This document shows positions 18,694 through 26,605 of a DNA stretch of 64,000 nt, piece by piece; positions within the stretch are counted from its first letter, which is position 1; every line of letters begins with the position of its first letter. The stretch comes from a phage. The notes beneath the pieces are model-generated. The model was given only the letters and a program-made list of their open reading frames with translations, did no database searches and was not told the DNA's origin. The stretch lies in sequence record PZ452578.1; one strand, written 5' to 3'. The position numbers were made by a program, and so were the translations under genes.

Positions 18694-19296
18694 TTATAGA
18701 TTAAATCCTTCAAAATCAAGAGTATAGATAGTGTATGTTGAATACTTTTTGTACTCATATCTATCTGCAATTCTAAATACACTTCCAGCTGGTATCATTA
18801 CTTCTTGTTCATCTGAAACTAATTCCATATTACGATAACGATGGCTATCCGGAAACTTAAAGTTTGGATTGTATTCTTTACAGCGTAGAGCTTTTATAGC
18901 ATACTCCTGGAAATTGAATACCATAGGAGCTTTGAATTCAAAAATAACTTGTGTGTTATACTCTAAACCGGAAGCAAAATGTAGAGCTATATTTTTATCA
19001 TATGAAGCTGATACTACTTTATCAAATGTAATAATATCAATTCCTTGATTTAATATTTGTTTAGTCTCAACTGGAACACCTCTCCAAAGAGGTTTATCGT
19101 TTGGAACCAAACGAGATTTGATTATTTCATTTAACCAAGTATGGTCATCTGGTTTGTTGGTAATACAATGAATTAAAAGTTCAATTTCAGATAAATTAAA
19201 CCCTTCAGAAAGTAATTCTTCACGAATAGAAGCACGCACCGATGCATCCATTGATTTTATTTTAAAATCTTTTAGTTGCATTACTGAGTATTTCAT
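18694..19296 (-). CDS. modA: ModA ADP-ribosyltransferase
   Basis: ORF track 200 aa; matches T4 ModA length and position. Confidence 0.8.
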   Translation of the reverse strand: MKYSVMQLKDFKIKSMDASVRASIREELLSEGFNLSEIELLIHCITNKPDDHTWLNEIIKSRLVPNDKPLWRGVPVETKQILNQGIDIITFDKVVSASYDKNIALHFASGLEYNTQVIFEFKAPMVFNFQEYAIKALRCKEYNPNFKFPDSHRYRNMELVSDEQEVMIPAGSVFRIADRYEYKKYSTYTIYTLDFEGFNL

Positions 19297-19916
19297 TCAA
19301 CTACCTCAATATCATAAACTTTAAATGTTCCAAATGAATCGTGTAATTTTTCTTTTGAAATAGAAGTTATTTTATACTTTCCAATTGGAATCATCCATTC
19401 TTGTTCATGCACAATCATCATTAAGTTATCAGTACGCTCTGAATCTAATCCATCAGTATCTTCATACGTGTACTTAAACTCAGTATTAGGAGAAGAAAGT
19501 ATAATATCGCTGATATGGTCAGAGTAATTAAAAGCTTTATCAGTTTTTAAACGAAATATTGTTTCAGTGAAATATTCAGCATAAGAAAAAGAACACGCTG
19601 TATGCAAACTAGTAGTAAATGAATCTACCCTGTTCGTTGAAAACACTTCTCCAACCTGTAAATCTTTAATAAGTTCTTTTGTCGATTTTGATATACCACG
19701 ATATAACTGATATGGCGATTTAGTTAAATGCTTTTTAATGATTTCATTTAAATGCTTATGAAGAGCTTCATTCTTTTTAGCTTCCATACATTGCCAAAGA
19801 ACAGACTGTTCAAAGTCAGTAAATTTTTCACAGACCTTTTTATACATATCATATTGAAAATCAACGCTTTCAGCTTTTATAGATAACTGTTCAACATCTG
19901 CAGGATTAATAATCAT
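19293..19916 (-). CDS. modB: ModB ADP-ribosyltransferase
   Basis: ORF track 207 aa; matches T4 ModB length; overlaps modA start. Confidence 0.8.
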   Translation of the reverse strand: MIINPADVEQLSIKAESVDFQYDMYKKVCEKFTDFEQSVLWQCMEAKKNEALHKHLNEIIKKHLTKSPYQLYRGISKSTKELIKDLQVGEVFSTNRVDSFTTSLHTACSFSYAEYFTETIFRLKTDKAFNYSDHISDIILSSPNTEFKYTYEDTDGLDSERTDNLMMIVHEQEWMIPIGKYKITSISKEKLHDSFGTFKVYDIEVVE

Positions 19917-19942
19917 GATAGCCTCCGTATACTTCAGAAGCT

Positions 19943-19980
19943 ATCATATCATCGTTAGAAAGGAAAGTAAACAACTTTTT
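19943..19980 (-). promoter_or_regulatory. T4-type early promoter (GTTTAC / TGaTATGAT) for modB-modA
   Basis: Plus atcata 19943-19948, gtaaac 19967-19972. Confidence 0.65.
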
Positions 19981-19983
19981 GAA

Positions 19984-20166
19984 TTATTTTGCCCAGGGAG
20001 CCCAAGGCGGAGGGTCAAGATGGTATGAAGCTAGTTCTTCTAGAAGAGCATCTGGGGCTTCAATTCCATAATTCTGTAATACTATACGGTACTCTTTCTT
20101 ATAATCACTAGAATCATTCTGGATATTCGTAGAATGATTATCTTCTAACATCTCAAATAAATCCAT
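19984..20166 (-). CDS. hypothetical protein (60 aa)
   Basis: ORF track. Confidence 0.5.
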   Translation of the reverse strand: MDLFEMLEDNHSTNIQNDSSDYKKEYRIVLQNYGIEAPDALLEELASYHLDPPPWAPWAK

Positions 20167-20174
20167 ATTAATTC

Positions 20175-20645
20175 CTAGCGATAAAAACCAAAGTGACGAT
20201 TAGCTTCAACAATCTTTCTTTCTTCTTCAGACATTCTCCAGCGTAGTCCAACATCAAAATGAGCCCAGACCATCCTAACAAATGCATTTATATCTTTAAT
20301 ATCTTCAATAATGAATGTTTTACTTTTAGAAGGTTGACTCGCTAATTTAACTTTATCGTCTTCAAATAGGTCAAAAAGACCATATTCATGAGCTCTTTTA
20401 TAGCCTTTAATAGTTAAAGCTTCAGAAGAAGAAAATGGTGAATCTGTATTCTGCAAAATATCTTCAGTATGCTTTATAATTAGAATAATATTTTCTGGAT
20501 ATTTTCTTTCTTTTATATCTTTAATTAAAATATCAGGATTTTCTGCTAAAGGAATAATTAACGAGCAATTTTTATCAAGTGTATTTACTGATTTACCTTC
20601 TTTAGACATAAATCCTATTGAATACAGTTTTGCTACTTCAATCAT
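20175..20645 (-). CDS. hypothetical protein (156 aa)
   Basis: ORF track. Confidence 0.6.
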   Translation of the reverse strand: MIEVAKLYSIGFMSKEGKSVNTLDKNCSLIIPLAENPDILIKDIKERKYPENIILIIKHTEDILQNTDSPFSSSEALTIKGYKRAHEYGLFDLFEDDKVKLASQPSKSKTFIIEDIKDINAFVRMVWAHFDVGLRWRMSEEERKIVEANRHFGFYR

Positions 20646-20802
20646 GTGATTTCCTCTTGCCTACTAATGGACCATCAGGAATTTTGTTTTCCTGAATGTA
20701 TTTCTCATTTTCTTCCATCATTTTACTACCGATTTTAAGAAGCAAATCTAAGGCTTCATTTGCTTTAGCTTTAGCCTCTTCTAACGTCATGTTCTTGTTC
20801 AT
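20638..20802 (-). CDS. hypothetical protein (54 aa)
   Basis: Own translation [32 protein letters not shown]...; ATGA coupling at both ends. Confidence 0.4.
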   Translation of the reverse strand: MNKNMTLEEAKAKANEALDLLLKIGSKMMEENEKYIQENKIPDGPLVGKRKSHD

Positions 20803-21002
20803 GATTTATCCCCATAGATGTCTCTCATCAATTTGAGCGCTGAGCGTTCTAATTTCTTTTCTTTCTCAGCACTAATCATTGATTTCATCCATTCTTCCGA
20901 TTCGTTCTGCATTTCTTTATTTGCTTGTTCAACCCAACCATCATCAATGTACATTGAGTTTGGTCTATTGAACCATTCAAGAATCTTCTTGAGAGCTTTC
21001 AT
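20799..21002 (-). CDS. hypothetical protein (67 aa)
   Basis: ORF track. Confidence 0.5.
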   Translation of the reverse strand: MKALKKILEWFNRPNSMYIDDGWVEQANKEMQNESEEWMKSMISAEKEKKLERSALKLMRDIYGDKS

Positions 21003-21474
21003 TTATTTTACCTAAAACAATAGTAGGAGCATCGTCAAATTCATGAATTTTTAGCAATTTTGGATTTAAATTATTCCATACATAATAAATAAAGTATGAT
21101 AAAGCATCTTCACTCGCAATTATAAATTTATTTCCTTCATTTATTTTCCAATCATATACTGAATCATACGAATAAAAAGATAAAGGATTACCATTATATT
21201 GTTCTGCGCTAACATTAATGTATTCGGATTTAGTAAATGCTTCAATTGCTCTAAACGGACTATTTGGCACAGTTTCAATAATTCCGATCTTTTTAAGTTT
21301 TATTTTAACATCTTCTGGAACTGGCATTGAAACGAAATTTTCTACGAGATACATAGGGTTACAATAACCCTTATCAATCACTACGGCTACAGTAATTGGA
21401 ACATCTTTAGCAAACGACATGCTATTACTGCTAATATACATTTCAAACAAAATTGCTTCCATAATTTTCCTCAA
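20977..21474 (-). CDS. hypothetical protein (165 aa)
   Basis: ORF track. Confidence 0.55.
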   Translation of the reverse strand: MRKIMEAILFEMYISSNSMSFAKDVPITVAVVIDKGYCNPMYLVENFVSMPVPEDVKIKLKKIGIIETVPNSPFRAIEAFTKSEYINVSAEQYNGNPLSFYSYDSVYDWKINEGNKFIIASEDALSYFIYYVWNNLNPKLLKIHEFDDAPTIVLGKINESSQEDS

Positions 21475-21803
21475 TCACAAGATGTAGATGAACAGCTAGA
21501 ATCACAAGAACTTCCGCATGAATCACCTGCCCATACATGAACAGGGACATTTGTATCATATGAAGAATTAGAACTTTTAACTTCGTTAGAAGATGTAGGT
21601 GTTGACCAGCGCCAGGGATTTTTATAATATTCCTGGGCTTCTTCATAAGTCATAGTAACTGCTTCTACTGTTCCATCTCCCATATAAACATACTCAACTA
21701 CAGTTAAAGGAAGGTAGTCATTTGAAATAGGAACTACACCTTCTCCAGGAGTCGTAGAGAAAAAATCTGTAAAGAAACTTTTAAACCAATTAAAGATAAA
21801 CAT
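21471..21803 (-). CDS. hypothetical protein (110 aa) with Cys/Ser-rich C-terminal tail
   Basis: ORF track; C-terminus [18 protein letters not shown]. Confidence 0.55.
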   Translation of the reverse strand: MFIFNWFKSFFTDFFSTTPGEGVVPISNDYLPLTVVEYVYMGDGTVEAVTMTYEEAQEYYKNPWRWSTPTSSNEVKSSNSSYDTNVPVHVWAGDSCGSSCDSSCSSTSCD

Positions 21804-22009
21804 TACAAAAAGCCTCTCTTAAATTCGACTTGCTTCTCGCCATAATCATATCGAATCTCTGCATTAAATTCGACAGAACCATCTGCGTACATCATAAATG
21901 AATGCACAACAACTTCTGTAGACCATGGCTGTAGTTCATATTTCTTCATTACATGTCGTGAAATGATAATATCTAAATCTTCATTTGGTTTAATCCAGCG
22001 ATTTAACAT
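21803..22009 (-). CDS. hypothetical protein (68 aa)
   Basis: ORF track. Confidence 0.55.
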   Translation of the reverse strand: MLNRWIKPNEDLDIIISRHVMKKYELQPWSTEVVVHSFMMYADGSVEFNAEIRYDYGEKQVEFKRGFL

Positions 22010-22035
22010 AGTGCTCTCCTCTATAAGATAATTCT

Positions 22036-22070
22036 ATTATACCATACTCATTTTGGAAAGTAAACCATTT
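22036..22070 (-). promoter_or_regulatory. T4-type early promoter (GTTTAC / TGgTATAAT) immediately after the soc terminator
   Basis: Plus attata 22036-22041, gtaaac 22060-22065. Confidence 0.65.
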
Positions 22071-22071
22071 A

Positions 22072-22102
22072 AATGAAAAAAGGACTCCCGAAGGAGTCCT
22101 TG
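22072..22102 (-). terminator. Intrinsic terminator after soc (CUUCGG hairpin + U-run)
   Basis: aaggactcc-cgaa-ggagtcctt 22080-22101 with A-run 22075-22080 on plus. Confidence 0.7.
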
Positions 22103-22105
22103 AAT

Positions 22106-22351
22106 TTATTCACCAGTTACTTTCCACAAATCTTCATTTGCAGCAATCCATTCAGTACGTTGATTTTCTTCATATACTGTAGAATATGCTGCTTTTTCTG
22201 AAGGGAATGTCTGATAATGAGCACCAGAAATTTTGTGAACGTCAGAATAAAGAGGGAAAGCTACAGAAATTTCCTTTCCTTCAATTTTCTTATTTCCATC
22301 TAATTTCTGCTCAAATGTTTTGATATTAACATAACCGCGAGTACTAGCCAT
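22106..22351 (-). CDS. soc: Soc small outer capsid protein
   Basis: ORF track 81 aa; MASTRGYVNIKTFEQKLDGNKKIEGKEISVAFP matches T4 Soc. Confidence 0.9.
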   Translation of the reverse strand: MASTRGYVNIKTFEQKLDGNKKIEGKEISVAFPLYSDVHKISGAHYQTFPSEKAAYSTVYEENQRTEWIAANEDLWKVTGE

Positions 22352-22367
22352 GTAATTCTCCTTTTAT

Positions 22368-22577
22368 TTAAATTACATGATTATTTATAATAAATTCTCG
22401 CGGAACGTTAAAATACCCAATTTTAGTTAATATAACAATATCGCCGTTAATAATTACCGGAGAATAATCGGCTGGAGCATTAAATTTCCAATGGGCTCTA
22501 ATATTATATCCATCAGAACCAAATGCTCGACTAGCCGGTCTCCCGGCTTTTTGCCATGCATAAAAATCAAATTTCAT
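22368..22577 (-). CDS. hypothetical protein (69 aa)
   Basis: ORF track. Confidence 0.5.
   Translation of the reverse strand: MKFDFYAWQKAGRPASRAFGSDGYNIRAHWKFNAPADYSPVIINGDIVILTKIGYFNVPREFIINNHVI
22382..22389 (-). promoter_or_regulatory. T4 late promoter TATAAATA about 30 nt upstream of soc
   Basis: Reverse complement of 22382-22389 is TATAAATA; soc is a late gene. Confidence 0.55.
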
Positions 22578-22777
22578 TTTGAATGCTCTATAATTAATTT
22601 TAAGGCTTCTTCACGCACCAACTTGTCTAATGGTATATGCCCAGTTTTAATTGTGTAAGCTTTGTGGAGCTGATTAGATAAGAGCTCGTATGTGAGCTCT
22701 TTGTCATAATCTTTAAATAGCTGGTCAATACGTTTCTTGCGGGCTTTCTTAAGCTGGCGTTTATTTAAACGAGCCAT
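22574..22777 (-). CDS. hypothetical protein (67 aa)
   Basis: ORF track. Confidence 0.55.
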   Translation of the reverse strand: MARLNKRQLKKARKKRIDQLFKDYDKELTYELLSNQLHKAYTIKTGHIPLDKLVREEALKLIIEHSK

Positions 22778-23295
22778 TAATATCCTCTGTCTTGACGAGC
22801 GAAGTTTTCAGCATTTTTCAGATAATAAAGTTTAAATATTTCTTCAGCTGACATTCCAAGAGCAATGAATTTATTCATGAAAAAGTGAAATTGATCAATC
22901 AGTTCAAATTTAATTTCAAGTTGATCTTCAGGAGATAAATCTTGAATTTTCTTGGATTGCATTTCAGAATAACGTTTCTTCCAAGGTTTCCATACAGCAG
23001 AAGCTTCTTTTTCACCATTACTCATACCACCAAGAGAAGTATATAGCTCGCGAGTTTCGTCTGCGATATAATCGTCTTGGTTTCGCAACCAAGCAAGAAC
23101 TTCTCCTGCAGTTTCAAGTGAATCGGGATGACGATTTGTTTCTGGTTTATCATTAGCCAAACGAATCTGTAAATGCCGCTGCATGTCAAGCATAACCTGC
23201 AGTGGGTCAATATTGTGCATAATATTCTCAGCATATGCACGATTTGCTTTATCAACACCTTCGATCAAATGAGCGCATTCATTAAAGTAAGCCAT
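22777..23295 (-). CDS. 56: gp56 dCTPase/dUTPase
   Basis: ORF track ORF; internal start MAYFNECAHLIEGVD gives ~172 aa; C-terminus KLYYLKNAENFARQDRGY recalled from T4 gp56. Confidence 0.8.
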   Translation of the reverse strand: MAYFNECAHLIEGVDKANRAYAENIMHNIDPLQVMLDMQRHLQIRLANDKPETNRHPDSLETAGEVLAWLRNQDDYIADETRELYTSLGGMSNGEKEASAVWKPWKKRYSEMQSKKIQDLSPEDQLEIKFELIDQFHFFMNKFIALGMSAEEIFKLYYLKNAENFARQDRGY

Positions 23296-23366
23296 TATTT
23301 TTCCTTTCAATTCGTGGGTTAGTAGATTAATTATACAATAAATATATAAAGCAATAAGGAGGACAT

Positions 23367-23567
23367 ATGGTACAAAAATTAATGGCACTTGTTAATGCCA
23401 TCAAAGGTAATAAAAAACGTATAGCTTTTACTATTTCTGCTATGGTAGGAATTTTACTCTGGAACTTTATTTTATCACCTGTTGCAATTGCACATGGTAT
23501 TAATATTCCAGTAGTTACTCTTGATACATTTGTAGATTTAGCATTTGCTTTAGTTGGGTTAATTTAA
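23367..23567 (+). CDS. small membrane protein (66 aa), plus strand
   Basis: ORF track; AAGGAGG 4 nt upstream of ATG; two hydrophobic segments. Confidence 0.5.
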   Translation: MVQKLMALVNAIKGNKKRIAFTISAMVGILLWNFILSPVAIAHGINIPVVTLDTFVDLAFALVGLI

Positions 23568-24592
23568 ATCTTAGCATATTTAGATAGCCGCATTTTAGCC
23601 ATCAACCCCTGTGCAATATTATTTTTCATATATTCCATAATTTGTTCAGGGGTTGCACCTTCCTTTCTAATCATATCATTAACATCTTTTGATTTCCAGG
23701 GAGATTTATCCCAAAACATAACCCTTTCTCCTGCATCAACTAATTTAGTCATTCGTTTGATAGTGTCAGGGTGACGAGGTTCATTATCTAAAACCCACAC
23801 TCGTCTATCTTTAAATGGAACAACTTCTAAGTCTAATTGACCACCCGTAATAGCTATACCATTTTCAATAAAAAGTGAATCTATAGGTCCTTCTAGAACA
23901 TATACATCACCATCTTTAACCCGTTCGACACCATAGATTTTTGTTGCTTCAGGATAAGCTTTGATAGTGATATATTTTTGGGGAGCATCTTTCTTTAATG
24001 CACGTCCTTGAAAAGACTCGGCTTTTCCATTAGCATTATAAATTGGAATAACAAGACGAGGCTCAGGTATTTCCTTTTTATATGTTCCCGGTGCTATGCT
24101 ATTAACCAATTTAGGCCATTCGGTTGTAAACCAAAGATATTTCCATTTATCCTTTGGAATACAACGAGCTTTTACATATTTTATAATTGGATGGTCTTCC
24201 GCCAGTTTATCTAATCGAACACATGACGGAAGAGATTTAATTATTTTCTTCTCAGGTTGTTTAGGAAGTTCTTTAGGTTTTTCTACTGGACGACTTTTAC
24301 CTTTTTCTTTTCTTATTTCAAAGATATACTCACGATATAAATCAGGTTCAAACTCCTTTAAATATATTCCGATTGGTGCATGATAGTTACAGTTATAACA
24401 ATGAATATTTCCTTCATTATTATCACCATAATACCATCCACGAGCTTTATTCTGGTCGGTTTTTGAATCTCCACAAACAGGGCATCTAAACCGCAATTTA
24501 AAAGTTGAACTATTATTTACTTGTGTGAATTTAGGTAAATGAGCTAATGCACGATACGCAAACTCATTATCAATCCAAGGTATTGATGACAT
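23564..24592 (-). CDS. 61: gp61 DNA primase
   Basis: ORF track 342 aa; zinc-ribbon CPVCGDSKTD...CYNC; matches T4 gp61 length. Confidence 0.9.
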   Translation of the reverse strand: MSSIPWIDNEFAYRALAHLPKFTQVNNSSTFKLRFRCPVCGDSKTDQNKARGWYYGDNNEGNIHCYNCNYHAPIGIYLKEFEPDLYREYIFEIRKEKGKSRPVEKPKELPKQPEKKIIKSLPSCVRLDKLAEDHPIIKYVKARCIPKDKWKYLWFTTEWPKLVNSIAPGTYKKEIPEPRLVIPIYNANGKAESFQGRALKKDAPQKYITIKAYPEATKIYGVERVKDGDVYVLEGPIDSLFIENGIAITGGQLDLEVVPFKDRRVWVLDNEPRHPDTIKRMTKLVDAGERVMFWDKSPWKSKDVNDMIRKEGATPEQIMEYMKNNIAQGLMAKMRLSKYAKI

Positions 24593-24594
24593 TT

Positions 24595-24759
24595 TTAATC
24601 TTCTTTTTCTTTAGATTCCTCTTTTTTCTTTTTAGGAATCTGTTCAGGACCTTTATTTACTACAGCGCCTGACGTTGTTCCAGTAGAGATATTTTCAGGA
24701 TTACCACCTGAATCTCCAGCGACCATATCTTCTTTAATAAATTCTTTATATGTTTTCAT
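24595..24759 (-). CDS. hypothetical protein (54 aa, Lys/Glu-rich)
   Basis: Own translation MKTYKEFIKEDMVAGDSGGNPENISTGTTSG...; start lies at end of repeat copy A. Confidence 0.4.
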   Translation of the reverse strand: MKTYKEFIKEDMVAGDSGGNPENISTGTTSGAVVNKGPEQIPKKKKEESKEKED

Positions 24760-24805
24760 ATTAACCTCTATTCATAAAAGCATTAAAAATTTGGTCATCA
24801 ATAGA
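24757..24805. repeat. Direct repeat copy A (~49 bp) spanning a gene 3' end, RBS and next start codon
   Basis: catattaacctctattcataaaagcattaaaaatttggtcatcaataga; 2 differences from copy B. Confidence 0.8.
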
Positions 24806-25117
24806 TGGAATAGCAACCTTTTCGGCATCATTTAGCAAATCATTAATTTCATCGGATAGCATAACACATGTACCTTTATTTCCTGTAATTGTTACTGCGC
24901 AATTACGAACGTTTTCTTTATTAAATTTTAGGTTAATATTTTCGTAATGAAAATCCTTTAATGCTGAATATATTTTTAAAATAAAATTGTCTTTTACTAC
25001 AATAAACCCAACCTCACTATTAAAACGCGGTTCATGGAAACTGTAATAAACCTTTTCATCTATAAAATCGTATGAAATTTTTTCCATTTTTAAATATGAA
25101 AATTCAGAACTATACAT
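24761..25117 (-). CDS. hypothetical protein (118 aa)
   Basis: ORF track; similar to C-terminal half of next ORF. Confidence 0.6.
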   Translation of the reverse strand: MYSSEFSYLKMEKISYDFIDEKVYYSFHEPRFNSEVGFIVVKDNFILKIYSALKDFHYENINLKFNKENVRNCAVTITGNKGTCVMLSDEINDLLNDAEKVAIPSIDDQIFNAFMNRG

Positions 25118-25162
25118 ATTAACCTTTATTCATAAAAGCATTAAAATTTGGTCATCAATAGA
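25115..25162. repeat. Direct repeat copy B (~48 bp)
   Basis: catattaacctttattcataaaagcattaaaatttggtcatcaataga. Confidence 0.8.
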
Positions 25163-25744
25163 AACATTTACTTTAGACTGTTTTTCTGATGGTAATTCAT
25201 ATCCACATATTACAATTTTGTGATCAATATCAAAATACACAGAAGCAATATGATTAATGATATTTTCAGTGAAGTCTAAATCAACATCAATATCTTTTTG
25301 ACCAAAGCCCAAAGGATAAATAATGCGAGTAATTCGATTATCTTTAACAAAGATTCCACCGACATACTCTGTACTGCGTTTAAAGTCTACACGCCGACGA
25401 AATGAAAAATATTCAGGCTCTTTATGAGCTCGGCTCATAGGACACAACGAGTAACTAGAATAAGAGATGTCAAATCCTACGCCTTCGATATGAGCCAAAG
25501 TGTCATGATTAAACCAATTATAATCGTACGCCAAATCCATTAGATTATAATATGTAAAAGGCACCGGATTAACATCATTAGTCACAAGCATGTAATTAGC
25601 AACTGCTATAATTTCATTGTTTTTAACGAATACAAACCGTGATTGATGCGAATGACCTGGACCCGCGTTTTCACGATTAATGATATAACACTGGGCACCT
25701 TTATATTTGTATGTATCTTTGCACTTGTGCATTTGATAGAGCAT
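25130..25744 (-). CDS. hypothetical protein (204 aa)
   Basis: ORF track. Confidence 0.6.
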   Translation of the reverse strand: MLYQMHKCKDTYKYKGAQCYIINRENAGPGHSHQSRFVFVKNNEIIAVANYMLVTNDVNPVPFTYYNLMDLAYDYNWFNHDTLAHIEGVGFDISYSSYSLCPMSRAHKEPEYFSFRRRVDFKRSTEYVGGIFVKDNRITRIIYPLGFGQKDIDVDLDFTENIINHIASVYFDIDHKIVICGYELPSEKQSKVNVSIDDQILMLL

Positions 25745-26037
25745 TATTCACCTACCACTTCAGCGATGATATTTTTGTTATTAAAGTTTTTATCGCAATA
25801 CAGAACATAATTATACTGCATTACACCACCAGACTTAAGCTGTTTTTGCACTTCAGCTTTCATTTCAGGACGATCGCGCTCAACGATATTCATAATATCT
25901 GCTTCAATTTGAGTTTCAACCTCAGTCTGATCCGCAGTCATAGACCATTCGCACAAATCTTTATCATAACCTGCCACAGCAGGCTGAGCAGCACAAGAAG
26001 CTAAAGCAAAAATTGTGGCAAAGATAAATTTTTTCAT
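25744..26037 (-). CDS. sp: Spackle periplasmic protein
   Basis: ORF track 97 aa with signal peptide; matches T4 Sp size and position. Confidence 0.8.
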   Translation of the reverse strand: MKKFIFATIFALASCAAQPAVAGYDKDLCEWSMTADQTEVETQIEADIMNIVERDRPEMKAEVQKQLKSGGVMQYNYVLYCDKNFNNKNIIAEVVGE

Positions 26038-26097
26038 GATAATCTCCTCAGTAGTTTATGTTTATATAGTATCTCAATTTCCAACAAAAGTAAACAG

Positions 26098-26397
26098 TTA
26101 TTTTAAAACTTCTGCGTAATCACATGTTACAAACTGTTTCTCTAGCTTGACGATTTTACGAAAGTATCTTTTGCATTGGCGAATCTGCCGCTTCGTAGGG
26201 CGAACAGCAAACTTAATAAATTCCACTCGACCAAATGGAGGGCTTTCTTCTGCTGGAATATCTAACACCAATTCCCACGTATCTGCAATAAGTGCTTTGA
26301 ATTGCGTATTTTTCCTGACGTTATACGGAGTAGGTTTAAATAAAACAATATGCATATTATCCTCGGCAATCCACTTCACATACTTTCTTGTCATCAA
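26098..26397 (-). CDS. hypothetical protein (99 aa) at the 61.4 position
   Basis: ORF track; basic protein between sp and dmd. Confidence 0.6.
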   Translation of the reverse strand: MMTRKYVKWIAEDNMHIVLFKPTPYNVRKNTQFKALIADTWELVLDIPAEESPPFGRVEFIKFAVRPTKRQIRQCKRYFRKIVKLEKQFVTCDYAEVLK

Positions 26398-26539
26398 TGA
26401 AAGCTTTAACTAATGCTTTATTAACTTCAGCATACTGAGTAGTAGCCCATTGAACGTCATCTTTCATCATTGTGGTTTCTTTAGTAAACATGCTTTCATT
26501 CTTAAACCACCCCATAAAAACTACCTTTACCAATTCCAT
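26357..26539 (-). CDS. dmd: Dmd antitoxin (discriminator of mRNA degradation)
   Basis: ORF track 60 aa; position directly upstream of gene 41; sequence MELVKVVFMGWFK as recalled. Confidence 0.75.
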   Translation of the reverse strand: MELVKVVFMGWFKNESMFTKETTMMKDDVQWATTQYAEVNKALVKAFIDDKKVCEVDCRG

Positions 26540-26568
26540 AACAATCTCCTCATTTAACCAACAAGACT

Positions 26569-26605
26569 ACTATACCATAGTCTCGTCAGCTTGTAAACTA
26601 AAATT
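26569..26605 (-). promoter_or_regulatory. T4-type early promoter (GTTTAC / TGgTATAGT) overlapping gene 41 3' end
   Basis: Plus actata 26569-26574, gtaaac 26593-26598. Confidence 0.6.

Noticed and set aside
23022-23258. Nested same-strand ORFs in alternative frames (23022..23258, 29927..30130, 32200..32385, 33406..33597, 42585..42785, 43109..43330, 55070..55261, 60866..61060, 6330..6548, 10407..10712, 21443..21646)
   Set aside because: Lie wholly within longer recognised genes in another frame; low-complexity AT-rich translations.
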